Source of the DNA: Macrostomum lignano | Lineage: Eukaryota | Assembly: GCA_002269645.1 (NCBI GenBank) | Contig: NIVC01000151.1 | Span: 682,001 to 746,000, forward strand | DNA length: 64,000 nt | Reading direction: 5' to 3' | Shown: piece by piece, positions 46,493 through 59,030 of the stretch | Numbering within the stretch: the stretch's first letter is position 1 | Layout of the letters: each line of letters starts with the position of its first letter | Made by a program: the position numbers and the translations under genes | Notes under the pieces: model-generated | What the model was told of the DNA's origin: nothing | Database searches by the model: none | What the model saw: the letters and a program-made list of their open reading frames with translations, nothing else

Positions 46493-48087
46493 ACACAAAC
46501 CTTGAGCAGGCCAGATTGTGAAGTTTCAAAGAACCCATTAGCCAGTTAGAGAGGGTTCATTGCATGTTTGCATGCATGGAGTTTGCCGAACCCCTGACTG
46601 TAGAAGAAGCCGCAGTCGCTGGAAAGCCGGGCCTCTGAATGATAAGACAGCTGGGAGTTGCTCTGCTCCGTTAGAATTCCCCCCAGCGCCTGGCGATTTC
46701 AAAACTGCATGGCAGCAAGTTCTTATCTGATTTTGAGAACGGATTTTTAGCGAATTTTATAAAGTTACATGCGTTTTTGTCTACTAACATGCTATTACCA
46801 GTAGTAATTATGGGTGGAAGCAAGCATCAATTTTAGTTAATTTTTTCTCAAATCGATCACACACACATACCTACCTACCTACCGACAAACCTACCATACC
46901 GACAAATTTTTAGTATATAGATAGACTAGCCATTTACGCCCCCTGTTGGGGGAGCCAACAAAGAATGTAATAAAAAAGTTTAAATAAACTAGCTTCTGAC
47001 CTCAGCCTTTATATCTTAGCAATGCCCCAACCCAAGCCTTGCCATCTCAGAAATTCCCCCGTAGGCCTTGAAGCAAATTTTAGCTGATAAGGAACGGTAA
47101 AATGATAATAACATCGATAAGTTTGTTAAACTGCAGGTAGAGTAAAAACGAAATTGGAATACTTGACCAAAATAGTCTAACTGACATGACGGTCACATGC
47201 AGTTAGTGACATCAAGGAATGCATACCGATGATGATGGTCTCATACACAGAACAACTAACAAAGGAGCCAAGACTGCTGGCCAGAGCATGGGGGGGGGGT
47301 TCCAATTCCCCGCAGCGCTGGACCAAATTGACTGAAGAGAAGAAAGAAGGAGGTGCCAGACGGTGTTGACAGAACTCGCAATTCATATCGCGGCCAGCCA
47401 AGGTTTGCCAAGCGCCTCAAATATGGAATATAATATATAGGATTTCACGGCCGTTAGGACGCTGCCACTGGGGCACCGAGCAGACTCCATCCACCCCCTC
47501 CACCGGAGCGTTAAAGCTGGAAGACCTTCGTGTGGGGAGAAATTAGAGATTGAAAACCCGAGCATCCGGCCTTCCTAAGCCGCGGGGACGCGCAGCTCAA
47601 ATTTTCCGCAAAAAACTTGACAGATTTCTGCCAGTGCGGCTCAGCCCAGACCACCGGCTGAGACGCTTACGTCATTCGTAGATTTTTTGTTGACTCAAAT
47701 TTTTTTCTCCTCAGCTCGACGCTTAGCCCAGATTTGCAGATCCACGCTGCTAAAGTGGCCGTTTATCTTTGAGCAGGAAATTTGAGTCGGATTTCCTGGG
47801 GATGGTCTCATCGACTCAAATAAAGTGAAATGAAGAAATTCTGCCTATTTTGTAATTAACAAATTTATTGTGCGAGGATTCGGTACACAGCTGCAGTTTA
47901 GGCATGATTTAAGCAAGAGCTGCGGTGTCCGGGATCTTGAAGTGCTGCGGGTGCCATGAGGTATTCGAATACAGGTTGAAGCGCAGTGAGCAGACAGAGC
48001 TTGCAATCAGCATAAATATGAATTGCTAAGACAGACAAATGTGCATAAATATTGTGGATCAGTGGGTTTCGGATGTACATGGCTACG

Positions 48088-48368
48088 TACGCGGGTGAAC
48101 ATTCAGATAGAGTCTGTATACACGCGGGTGAACATTCAGACAGAGTCTGTATGCATGCGGGTGAACATTCAGATAGAGTCTGTATACACGCGGGTGAACA
48201 TTCAGACAGAGTCTGTATGCATGCGGGTGAACATTCAGATAGAGTCTGTATACACGCGGGTGAACATTCAGATAGAGTCTGTATACACGCGGGTGAACAT
48301 TCAGATAGAGTCTGTATGCATGCGGGTGAACATTCAGATAGAGTCTGTATACACGCGGGTGAACATTC
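48088..48368. repeat. 33-bp minisatellite
   Basis: Unit gcgggtgaacattcagatagagtctgtatacac. Confidence 0.9.
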
Positions 48369-48472
48369 ACCCAGTGGAATCAATCAAGTGCAGCAGGCAG
48401 CACGCAAAAGAAGTCTCCAAGTTCCGAGCAGCAGCAGCTAAAAGGCCAAAAGGCCGAGAGGCCGGTCCCTCA

Positions 48473-49438
48473 TCAGAGAGTCCGCAGGTTGGCGGCTAAC
48501 GAGCCAGCCAGCACGGCGCTCAAGAGCGCCGAAGTCGCCGCCACTTGCACGGTGGAGTCGCCGCCGTTGCCGCCGCCTCCGCTGCCCCTGCTGGCGCCTT
48601 CGCCGACGACGCTGGAAGCGGCTGCTGGCTTGAGCGGCGAGCAGGCGGCTTCGGGGTCGTCAGCGGCGGTGAGGTGCAGGCGGCAGTCGGGTCCAAGCCG
48701 CGCCGCGCAGCCCATCCGCGGTGGCGAAGGCGGCGACGTTGGAGCTACGCAGTCAGCGATGCCGCCGCCGCCGCCGCCGCCGCGGCACCGCGCGCACGGC
48801 TGCTCGTCGCTGCCCGCCCAGCGAGTGAAGTCGCCGGCCCAGCCGCCCAGCAGCGCCCACTCGCAGGCGGCGCTGTCTCTGGCACGCAGCCCCGAAGTTG
48901 CCAGGCTGATCAGCGTCTGGCTGACGTTGCGGCCCGCCAGCAGGCGCCAGTGAAGCCGCGGCAGCTGCGGGCAGCGGAGGGCCGCCGCCTCATCGCAGGG
49001 CAGCCGCGGGTCCCAGAAGGCCACCGGGTGCAGACGGCAGTCCACGGAGCGGCGGAGGCGGCACTTGCCGGTCAGGCGCGGGTCCGCCGGCTCGGCGTCG
49101 GCCGGTGCCACTGCGCGCGACCTCCAAAAGCCGCCGGCGCCGTCCTCCTCGCTGACGCTGATGGTGGCGCTGACGCGCAGGCAGCGGCCCGCCAAGGTGT
49201 AGTCGGTGCGGTTGCCCCCCGGCAGCGCCCACACGCAGCCGTGCACCGCCGTCTGTCGCAACGCGACCTCCTGGCGCACGACTTTCCCGCCCACGCGCTC
49301 CGTCAGGGTGCGGCGCGGAGGCGGTCGCTGGGCGCAGGCGGACGCGTCGTCAAAGGAGCTCCGGTCGCTGGCGCCGGCGGCAGCGCGGGCGCAGAGGAGG
49401 ATGGTCAGGAGTAGCGGGAGGAACTCCAACGGAGCCAT
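48473..49438 (-). CDS. Single-exon secreted, Cys-rich, probably GPI-anchored protein of unknown family (321 aa)
   Basis: GC-rich ORF with a signal peptide (MAPLEFLPLLLTILLCARAAAG), 14 Cys in the mature part, a Gly/Ser linker and a hydrophobic C-terminal tail (VAATSALLSAVLAGSLAANL). No family was recognised with confidence. Confidence 0.7.
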   Translation of the reverse strand: MAPLEFLPLLLTILLCARAAAGASDRSSFDDASACAQRPPPRRTLTERVGGKVVRQEVALRQTAVHGCVWALPGGNRTDYTLAGRCLRVSATISVSEEDGAGGFWRSRAVAPADAEPADPRLTGKCRLRRSVDCRLHPVAFWDPRLPCDEAAALRCPQLPRLHWRLLAGRNVSQTLISLATSGLRARDSAACEWALLGGWAGDFTRWAGSDEQPCARCRGGGGGGGIADCVAPTSPPSPPRMGCAARLGPDCRLHLTAADDPEAACSPLKPAAASSVVGEGASRGSGGGGNGGDSTVQVAATSALLSAVLAGSLAANLRTL

Positions 49439-49887
49439 CTTGCCAGTGTGCTTCTAGGAGCAAGGCGGGGGACAGGAGATTTTGCTCCGCCGGTCCTGCC
49501 TAAGCGAGCGAGATTTTTTTCTCGGAGTTTCCTCGGCAATGAGGAGGGCCTGGGGGGGGCGGCAGCTCCCATTTGCTGCCTGCCATTCTCACCCACTCAC
49601 GGGGTTGTGAGGGGCTTTAAAATTTGGAGAAGGGATATTTTTCCAACTCCAGCCATAGCCCATTATTCTTTCCAGCTTCTCTCCAGGAGTTCCAGATCTT
49701 GAGTCTGGAGCGCCACTCCAGTGCGATATTGGGATGGGATCGAGTTCGGCCGGGCTAAATCAACGCAATTTTAAACCCATTAATTTGCTACTTTTACTGG
49801 CCTGACAAATAATGACAAGTAAAACGTGACTTTTCGATAAGTAGGACTGAAGCTTGTCTGCTTGTGACAAGCTTGAAGCTTGTCAGC

Positions 49888-50288
49888 AGCAACTGAGGAT
49901 CTGGGAGGCTGGCCCAACAACTGAGGATCTGGGAGGCTGGCCTAACAACTGAGGATCTGGAAGGCTGGCCCAACAACTGAGAATCTGGGAGGCTGGCCCA
50001 ACAACTGAGGATCTAGGAGGCTGGCCCAACAACTGAGGATCTGGGAGGCTGGTACAGCAACTGAGGATCTGGGAGGCTGGTACAGCAACTGGGGATCTGG
50101 GAGGCTGGCCTAACAACTGAGGATCTGGGAGGCTCGTACAGCAACTGGGGATCTGGGAGGCTGGTCCGGCAACTGGGGATCTGGGAGGCTGGCCCAGCAA
50201 CTGAGGATCTGGGAGGCTGGCCCAGCAACTGAGGATCTGGAAGGCTGGCCTAACAACTGAGGATCTGTGAGGCTGGCCCAGCAACTGA
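49888..50288. repeat. 28-bp minisatellite
   Basis: Unit caactgaggatctgggaggctggcccaa. Confidence 0.9.
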
Positions 50289-52003
50289 AGTTTCCAGCAA
50301 TATGCATGAGTCCTAAGGTAAATGTAGGAGCTTCCAACCCAGTTCTGCATCCCGGATCTCTTTGGCGCAAGTCACTCCCGACTTAAGTGGGCCGGCCAGT
50401 CATCGGGCTGGAGGGGGGGCACTCGAAAATGCGGCTACTGAGGGGGGCAGAAGGGCCGGTTATGCAACCGCAGCCCCATCATTTTACTTTCCCGACTCCA
50501 GGCGAACAGCCCCCATGCAGTGCAGCTCACCTCATTCTCCCACTTTCGATGTTTGATCCCCTCCGCTTTCTTCCCGCCCGACAATTAGCGGGTTTGAGCC
50601 CCCCCCCAGCCTCCGTGGCAGCCAGCTTCATCAATTCGAGTTTCTCTCGCGCACCTTGAAGGCCGCGAAGAATCTTGAGAATTGAGCAAAAATCCCCGGG
50701 ATTCGGGCCGCCTTGAGCACCGGGAAGGGGCTGAAGGTCTTGACTTTGAGCAGCCGGGCTCTTGTGACTTTCAGTCTTTCGCGCTGTGTCCCGAGCTGCC
50801 CTGATGAAGAAGGCACCCCGGCTTTGCATTTTCACTTCCTTTGCCCGGCTCAAAGCTGGCCTGTGAGCGAATGCCGGCGCTTTGATTGACAGTTTCTAGG
50901 AAAGACTTTTTCTCTCAGCTCTCAGGCTGCCTGCCTGAGCCCCGGCACTCGATGGATTTTCTCGCCTCACCCGACCCCTCTTTGAGCTCTCGAACTTTCG
51001 GCGAGAATTTAGTTGAATAAAAGCTCTGAACCATTCTGCAGTGAGGGGGTCGGCAGGGGTCGGGAAGGGTCACAGACCTTTTAAGTGTCCCCGCGCCGCC
51101 GCTTTTTCAGTTCGCTGGCGACCTCGCGCGCTGGACTGATCGAATTTCGGCGGCCTCGGCGCACTTCTGCGGCCTGTCGGGATGATAAGCTGATGAGGGC
51201 GGCCGATTTCACGCCGAATTCAATTTTGCTGGCGCTGACGGACTGCCGATTGTCTCACCCGGCCCGGTGAGTCACGGCCGACCCGCGCCTCATCTCTCAG
51301 CTCTCCCGAATGCCGGGTTGAATCCAATTTCACCCAGATAACCAGAGTTGCGGCTTCCGTGACCCGGGGGGAAGGCAAGGAAAGGGGCCGGGAAGCCAGC
51401 CGCAATCTGCCAATCAGTCTTTGTCCAGGTTCTTGTGTCTTTGTCCTTGTCACCAGCCAGCTTTCCCATTCATTTCCTGCCCGGGCGCGCATTACCGGCG
51501 CCGCGACGCCTCAGCCGATTGCCCGCGTCAAAACCAATCGCCAAGTTCCCCGCGGAGGCGGCAGGTTCCGCTGTCAGATTCTGTCAGCTGGTCTCACACT
51601 CCGCATCGCAGAGTTTGACTGCCCGTCTGCGTCTCGAACGAGCGGGCTGGCGGGGGGGGGGGAATTATTCCCCAGCTCAAGTAGCCGCAGGGTTCGGGCT
51701 GCGCCAAATCCAATTACAGCGCCGCCAAAGTCCCCGCAGGCTGCGCAGCATCGCCCCCCCTGATTGCGTCATCCATCGACTCTCCGCCTCAGCATCTCAT
51801 TTTCTGAGATGTTCGACAGCGATAGGTTCCAGTGCTCGGCGAGCTCGAATACTCGAATATTTCGCATAAATACGAAAAATGCAATTTCAGTGTAGAGGCA
51901 TTGCGCCAGGCATAGTCCAGGCTATTGATGGATTATTATGATGAAGCTGCACTCAGCAGCTGCCTGATTATTGAATTCCTCACTGCCAATCTAATTGCTG
52001 CCT

Positions 52004-52240
52004 ACTCACTCACTCACTCACTCACTCACTCACTCACTCACTCACTCACTCACTCACTCACTCACTCACTCACTCACTCACTCACTCACTCACTCACTCA
52101 CTCACTCACTCACTCACTCACTCACTCACTCACTCACTCACTCACTCACTCACTCACTCACTCACTCACTCACTCACTCACTCACTCACTCACTCACTCA
52201 CTCACTCACTCACTCACTCACTCACTCACTCACTCACTCA
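52004..52240. repeat. (ACTC)n microsatellite
   Basis: About 59 perfect units. Confidence 0.95.
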
Positions 52241-52954
52241 ACAGTCCATCTCTAGCCTCACGTGCCGCAGCCACGCATGACAAGCAGAAACGGAGCACCT
52301 GAACTGCCTTTTTATCCCCATAGCCTCTTCCTCCGGCTCTCCTCTGCCCCGCCCCTTCTCCCCTTGGTCTCCTCCCACCTTTGTGATCCCCGCAGATTTT
52401 CCCCTTTATTGCCCGCACGCGACTCCGTTGCACAGAGAATTTCCTGCCCGCCGATCCTCCAAGATTCTCCGCTGCCCACAGCGGCGGGGCTGGGGGGTGC
52501 AGGCCAGAGGAGGCCTCGGACGATTTGCGAGGATCAGCCGAGGACAAAGGGGGGGGGGAGACAAGCGGCGGCCCCGACTCCAATTACCAGAACCTGCCGT
52601 GTAGTTTATCAAAGGCGACCTCACGAAAATCTCATAGCAAAGGTCCAGTGAGTCATGCTCAACATGGGTGCCGAGCTTTGGCGCCACCTGAGGGAGAGCA
52701 GAGGTGACTTCTGCCTTTATGGCCGCTCAGGCTGCTCCCGCACACCTGGCATTGGGGTTCTGCTACACTGCTCAACTCCGTTGCGTAATTCGGGATGCAT
52801 GGAGGTGAGGGGCCTCCCAGGCTGAATATTGAAGACAGGGAGGTGGACTGCGGGCTCAATTCGCACTACTGCTCCAGAACCAGCTGCAGTAGTAACTTTC
52901 AGCTTTAAGTGACACACCGAATTTTTTAGTTTGGTGTGAGAAATAAATAAAGTA

Positions 52955-53455
52955 ATGTGTCAGAGTTGGGATGTGTCAGAGTTGGGATGTGTCAGAGTTG
53001 GGATGTGTCAGAGTTGGGATGTGTCAGAGTTGGGATGTGCTAGACTTGGGATGTTTCAGACTTGGGATGTATCAGACTTGGGATGTATCAGACTTGGGAT
53101 GTGTCAGAGTTGGGATGTGCTAGACTTGGGATGTGCCAGAGTTGGGATGTGCGAGAGTTAGGATGTGTCAGAGTTGGGATGTGCCAGACTTGGATGTGCC
53201 AGAGTTGGGATGTGTCAGAGTTGGGATGTGCGAGAGTTAGGATGTGCCAGAGTTGGGATGTGTCAGAGTTGGGATGTGCGAGAGTTAGGATGTGTCAGAG
53301 TTGGGATGTGTCAGAATTGGGATGTGTCAGAGTTGGGATGTGTCAGAATTGGGATGTGTCAGAGTTGGGATGTGCGAGAGTTGGGATGTGTCAGAGTTGG
53401 GATGTTTCAGAATTGGGATGTGTCAGAGTTGGGATGTGTCAGAATTGGGATGTGT
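52955..53455. repeat. 16-bp minisatellite
   Basis: Unit gtgtcagagttgggat. Confidence 0.9.
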
Positions 53456-54681
53456 CCAAGTTTGACCTTAGATGGGAAGAGATGGTGCGGGATAAGTCTG
53501 CATGCTCCTTGAATCAAAACAGAATTGTTTGCTGACTTTTGCCACCACTGCGTATCCAAATTTTAAAAGTTCATTTCTAAGAGAAAATTATTCCTCAATT
53601 TTAAAAGACAGACAATCGCCAACAAAAGTGTTGATAAAAATGTTGAGCAGTAAAATCTGGTTGAATCTAGAATGCCAAGATTAAAATTGCAATAGCCGAC
53701 TGCTGTAGACCCGCTGATATGAAACTCTGTAGAAGATAAAACCACTTCTGCAGCAACCTGCGGGCAGGTGAAGCTTAAAAAATATTGAACAGTGAACCAA
53801 GATAACGGCTGATGGCCTCTGTAAAAGTAATGCGCCTTATCGAAGCAGCGACAGAAAGTTTGAAATGCAGACGGCGAGAGAGAAAATTCTCTCTACTGTC
53901 GGAGGAGCTGATAGGGGGGGGGGGGGTTGGCGCGGCCTGACCCGAAGGCGGCTCCGAGCCGAGTGGTGCCAGCTGGCGGCTCCGCTTATCTGCAAGATGC
54001 GTGAGGGGGCCAAAAAAGTATTCTTAAGCATGTCAGTGCGCGCCACTTGAGATTTGGACCGCTTGAGATTCCCTTAAGATAAGCGACAGGCCACCCCAGA
54101 GAGAGTTTTGTTGCCACCGGTTGCTACTGGCAACCGCTACCTGCCCCCGTGGAGGCGCTGCGCTTTTCTCTCTGATCGAACCTGCCTGATGGCTGGTGTT
54201 GTCAATGGTTGCTGTCTTGGCTAACCTTAGCGAACTCTTTAGAGTTGTGCTTGCTGCCACAAATGAATGCTCAAAACTGCAGGCAAAGCAAAGGTGTCAC
54301 TAAACCTGGTCCCATTAGACTTGGGATTAAAAAATGTAGAGATGAAGTGCTACAGAAGAAGTGAAACTTGACACAAGGACCAGTCTTTGTTGGTAATTTT
54401 ACTCACTAAAAAACCACCTCACTAAGAAACGGAAATATAAAATTTATAAAATTTATTTGTTTGGTTGGAACATTAAAGAGTTGGTCGTTGGAAAAAAAAC
54501 AGATTATCAATTTCTCGAAGTAGTTTGGCTATTAAGCGCGTCTCAAATAGCCTTGTTTGAAACCGATATGTATAGATATATAAATAAATATATAAATCTA
54601 AGAACGAGCTCGTGCAGTGCACTCTACACTTGTTAGTTAGAAAGTCAAATCCGCTCAGTTCGGACTGCTCAAGCGGCCAGC

Positions 54682-56716
54682 TCAGCCCAGCGAGTTGTAC
54701 TTGATCAGGAGCCACACCAGCGCGCCCAGCAGGGCAACATTGCTGATGAGCAGGGGGATCATGATGGCCAGGGTGGTGGCGTTCACGACATTATCGCAGA
54801 TCCCCGATTCATTTAAGGTCAGGTTAGTGTGAACGTCTCGGACTACGCGGACCTTCGGGACATCCTCTGGTGCTGGGGCTAGCGCCGTTGACTGGAGACT
54901 GTTGACGTACTTCAGCGTCTTGTCCCAGAAGCCGCAGTCATCGCGGTGAAAACCGTATTTGACGTTGTACCCGGCGCTCGAATCGGTGGTGAAGTTGTGG
55001 TAGTACTTCTGGCTGATGTTGAACTTGGCCCAGACCCTGTCGTTGTCCCTGGGCACCGGGTCCCCGGTAGCCACGAACCTGGACAGGTAGTCCATCATGC
55101 GGACGGACAGCTGGGCCTGCTCAGGCGACACGATCGGCGCATCGTCGGTCGGGTTTCCGAAGAAGTAGTACGCGTCCGAGCCATGGGAGGCGCCGACGTA
55201 GTTGGGCGTGTTGTCTTGCTCGGAGAACACGTAGAAGTAGACGTCCACCGACTGAAATAAGTAGATGGATGTTTGATACAAGGCGAACTTGGTTGGAAAC
55301 TGAATCATTATTGTTCAATTCGCTGGAGTCCTTGTATACACACACAAAAAAGCGTACTGAAGGAACCCTCACCTGACCGGTCACCCGCGTAGAAAGATCC
55401 GCGAACTCGTTGGCTGCGCAGACGAACAGTCGGTCCGAGGCGGCATCGAGCCATCGCCGGAAGTTGACTTCAGCGGAAGGATTGCTAAAGCTGGTGAATT
55501 TGTCCGTCATGAACTTGCGGGCGGCGGTGGACATGATGTCCGGCTCTCGCTCGTAGGTGCGGAAGTTGTCCTCGATGACGCTGCGGTACTTGGCGGGATC
55601 CTGAAGATCCTCCTTTGACCAACCCTTGTCACGAAGCGATGACTCTACGTAAGTAGCGGCCTCTGAGTTTGTGAAGCCAATAATTAGCTGCTTTGGTTCG
55701 AATCGAAGGCCTCGCAGCGCCACGACCGGGTCCTCCTTGATGTAGTCACCGTCGATCACCGGGGGAAACTCAATACCTTGAAAATCCTTGATGAACTCTT
55801 TTTGAGCATTAATCAGTGCCTCGGGACCCACTTCTCGCAAGCACTTCAATGCTTCATCAAGACCGAGTCGATCAGGATCGCAGTTCAGCTTCTCCCTGGC
55901 GAATTTTGCGTGAAGCCTCTCCACGTCGGTTGTGCTTTGGCGCACCGACCAGAAGACCATCGGAGAGCCGCCCAGCATGACGGCTCGCTTGAAGTACGTC
56001 TTCGTATTGTCGTTCAGCATGTGGTACCCGACGGATGCAGCTCCGGCGTCCAGACCCATCAGCGTCACCGTCTGCAGGTTTCCTCCGAACCTCTCGATAT
56101 TATTATGCACGAACTCGAGTCCCAAGGCCTGATCCTTCAAGCCCATGTTTCCAGGCGCCACGGTAGAGCTGAGTCGAAGAAAGCCGAGTACGCCAAGTCG
56201 GTACTGTAGACTCACGGTGACGATCGACTCGTGGGCTGTTAGAACGCGGCCCGAATTGATTTCTTCGATGATGGAGCCGGTCTCGAAGCGGCCTCCGTGG
56301 ATCCATACAAGCACTGGGTAGCTTCCGGGGTTCGAGGAGGTTCCGTTGTAGGGCGTCCAGATGTTTGCAGCGATGCAGCTCTCCGACATGGTCTGGTAGT
56401 CTCCGCTCGGTCCGGGGTCTTGGTAGCACCTGCGGTCGAAATCGAGGACATCCTGGACGAAGTTCCACTTGGTGAAGACGGGATGAACAAATCGAAACTC
56501 TCCGGTGGGAACCTTGGCGAAGTTGATGCCGAGGAAGGAGCCGATGTGTACCATGTTGTTGTCTCCAGATCCTTTTGTCTCAATCACGGCGCCTCTGATA
56601 GGGCCTTGGGTTGTGGTGACGTTGAGGTACCGCACGATGGTGAAGTTCCTCTGGGCAGAGACCGCCGCGGCTGACAGAGCCAGCAGCAGCAGCAAAGTTG
56701 TGAGGGTCGATGCCAT
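54682..56716 (-). CDS. Cholinesterase/carboxylesterase-fold type I membrane protein, predicted non-catalytic (copy A); exons 56716-55373 and 55251-54682
   Basis: Signal peptide, FLGINFAKVP, SESCIAANIWTP, VLVWIHGGRF, SLQYRLGVLGFL, GNMGLKDQ, FGGN...VTLMGLDAG, PVIDGD, HGSD and C.FW motifs, then a C-terminal transmembrane helix and KYNSLG*. The nucleophile elbow is GLDAG instead of GxSAG. Confidence 0.9.
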
Positions 56717-56953
56717 CGAAATTGCTGGTATTGAGTGGCGTTTCCAAAAGTAATTTTTGTGAAACCAAATGCGCCTCTGAGCGAAGACCAATATGTCTAC
56801 TAAGGCCTTATCAACAAAAGTTAAAATTCTAGTTGCCTTGGTTACTAAAAACAAACTTACAGTATCTAATCAGCGCAGAAATATTAGCAGCGCTCGCCCC
56901 ACCCAGAGGCCGCGGAGCAGATCCAGAGACCTCTCACACCACACAGACTGGCC
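56717..56953. promoter_or_regulatory. Putative bidirectional promoter/5' region between the head-to-head esterase-like genes
   Basis: Only 237 bp, AT-richer than the flanks, separate the two divergent ATGs. No specific motif was identified, so the function is inferred from geometry alone. Confidence 0.45.
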
Positions 56954-59030
56954 ATGGCATCGACCCTCACTACTCTGCTGCTGCTGCTGGCTCTGTCAGC
57001 CGCGGCGGTCTCTGCCCAGAGGAACTTCACCATCGTGCGGTACCTCAACGTCAACACAACTCAAGGCCCTATCAGAGGCGCCGTGATTGAGACAAGCGGA
57101 GCAGCTGAAAACTCAAAGGTCCATATCGGTTCCTTCCTCGGCATCAACTTCGCCAAGGTTCCCACCGGAGAGTTTCGATTTGCTCACCCCGTCTTCACCG
57201 AGTGGAACTTCGTCCAGGATGCCCTCGATTTCGACCGCAGGTGCTACCAAGACCCCGGAACGAGCGGAGACTACCAGACCATGTCGGAGAGCTGCATCGC
57301 TGCAAACATCTGGACGCCCTACAACGGAACCTCCTCGAACCCCGGAAGCTACCCAGTGCTTGTATGGATCCACGGAGGCCGCTTCGAGACCGGCTCCATC
57401 ACTGATGAGACCTACTCAGGTCGAGTGCTCACATCTCACGAGTCGATCGTCACCGTGAGTCTACAGTACCGACTTGGCGTACTCGGCTTTCTTCGACTCA
57501 GCTCTACCGTGGCGCCTGGAAACATGGGCTTGAAGGATCAGGCCTTGGGACTCGAGTTCGTGCATAATAACATCGAGAGGTTCGGAGGAAACCTGCAGAC
57601 GGTGACGCTGATGGGTCTAGACGCCGGAGCTGCATCCGTCGGGTACCACATGCTGAACGACAATACGAAGACGTACTTCAAGCGAGCCGTCATGCTGGGC
57701 GGCTCTCCGATGGTCTTCTGGTCGGTGCGGAACGACACCAGCCTAGTAGAGAGGCTTCATCTGGACTTTGCCGTCCGGCAGCTCGGCTGCCCTCTTCCGG
57801 ATCAGGGCGACTTCAATGCCACAATCCAATGCCTTCGTGAGGTTTCCCCCGAGAAGCTTGTCAACGAGCAGCTCAACTACAACCGTCTGTTCCAGGGCGT
57901 CGAGTTTCCTCCAGTCATCGACGGTGACTACATCAAGGAAGACCCCATTGAGGCCTTCCGCAATGGTCGTTTCGAGGGGATGAGCCTCATGATCGGAGTG
58001 ACAAATGCAGAAGCTGCTGTGTACGTTGAGCGCAGCCTGGAGTCGCAGAAGCTCACACAGGACCAGTTGGCTGACAGGGCCACTTATGAGAGAGTTCTCC
58101 GAGACCAGTTCAGGTACTACGAAAGGCAACCGGACCTACTGAGCGTTACTGGACAGAGAGTGATGTACGACCGACTGACGGACTTCGGAAACCCATCGGG
58201 ACCGGCGCAGTACAAGCGGTGGATGGATGGAGCGTCTGATCGGCTCTTCGTGAGCGCTGCGAACGAGTTCGCCGAGAAGATGTTCGAGAAGAACCAGGTG
58301 AGCTTATCTAGCATCTGTAATATCGCTTTCACTAGTCAGGTAACTCTGAGCAGTGTATGATTGCAGCATTTCTGGAACTCTTTTACTGCAGGGCACGTCG
58401 AACGACGTCTACTTCTACGTCTTCTCCGAGCAGGACAACACACCCAACTACGTCGGCGCGTCTCACGGCTCGGACGCGTACTACTTCTTCGGAAATCCGT
58501 CCGACGATGCACCAATCGTGAAACCCGAGCAGACTCAGCTGTCGGATCGGATGATGGACTACCTGGCCAAGTTTGTTGAGACGGGCGATCCCGTGCCTAG
58601 GGACGAGGAGGGAGTCTGGGCCAAGTACAACAGCAGCCACCGGTTCTACCACAACTTCACCATCGACCTTGAAACTTTTGCGTCAAAGTACAACGTGCCG
58701 TATGGCTTCCGTCGTGACGACTGCGGCTTCTGGGATCAAACGCTTAACTATGTAAACACTCTGGTTGAGTCTGTTCCCACCACCACGGCCATGACCCCGA
58801 CAACGACCCCGACAACGACCTCGACCACGACCCCGGCCACAACAACGGCTACGCCTGAGCCCAGCACAAGGCCACCGATTGGTCCGGTCCCCAGCTGCAA
58901 CTTCGTTTTCAACACGGCCGCGGCGATCACTCTGGGCGTTTTGCTGCCCACGAACCTCCTCACCGGGGCCGCTCTGGGCTTTTTGTTCTTTAAGTACAAT
59001 AAGGCAGTGAAAGGTGTCACTCCTGTGTGA
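56954..59030 (+). CDS. Cholinesterase/carboxylesterase-fold type I membrane protein, predicted non-catalytic (copy B); exons 56954-58297 and 58392-59030
   Basis: Paralogue of copy A with the same motifs and the same single-intron position. It has a Thr-rich stalk, a transmembrane helix and the tail KYNKAVKGVTPV*. The elbow is GLDAG. Confidence 0.9.

Noticed and set aside
45554-46549. Leu/Ser-rich and Arg/Glu-rich ORFs
   Set aside because: They are translations of the GA purine tract. H-DNA potential exists, but nothing here supports a function.
50362-51869. GC-rich block with many short ORFs
   Set aside because: No phase-consistent exons or domain motifs were found. It may be promoter or 5' UTR sequence, but I cannot support a call.
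455-59030. Genome-wide alternative genetic code (UGA=Trp, UAG=Gln)
   Set aside because: Importin and the MyRIP-like gene end at TAG, several others end at TGA, and dozens of Trp/Gln codons are TGG/CAG. Only two internal stops were found among eight genes.
54682-59030. Calling the pair active acetylcholinesterases
   Set aside because: There is no catalytic Ser (GLDAG), the omega loop is short, and the choline-binding Trp is missing.
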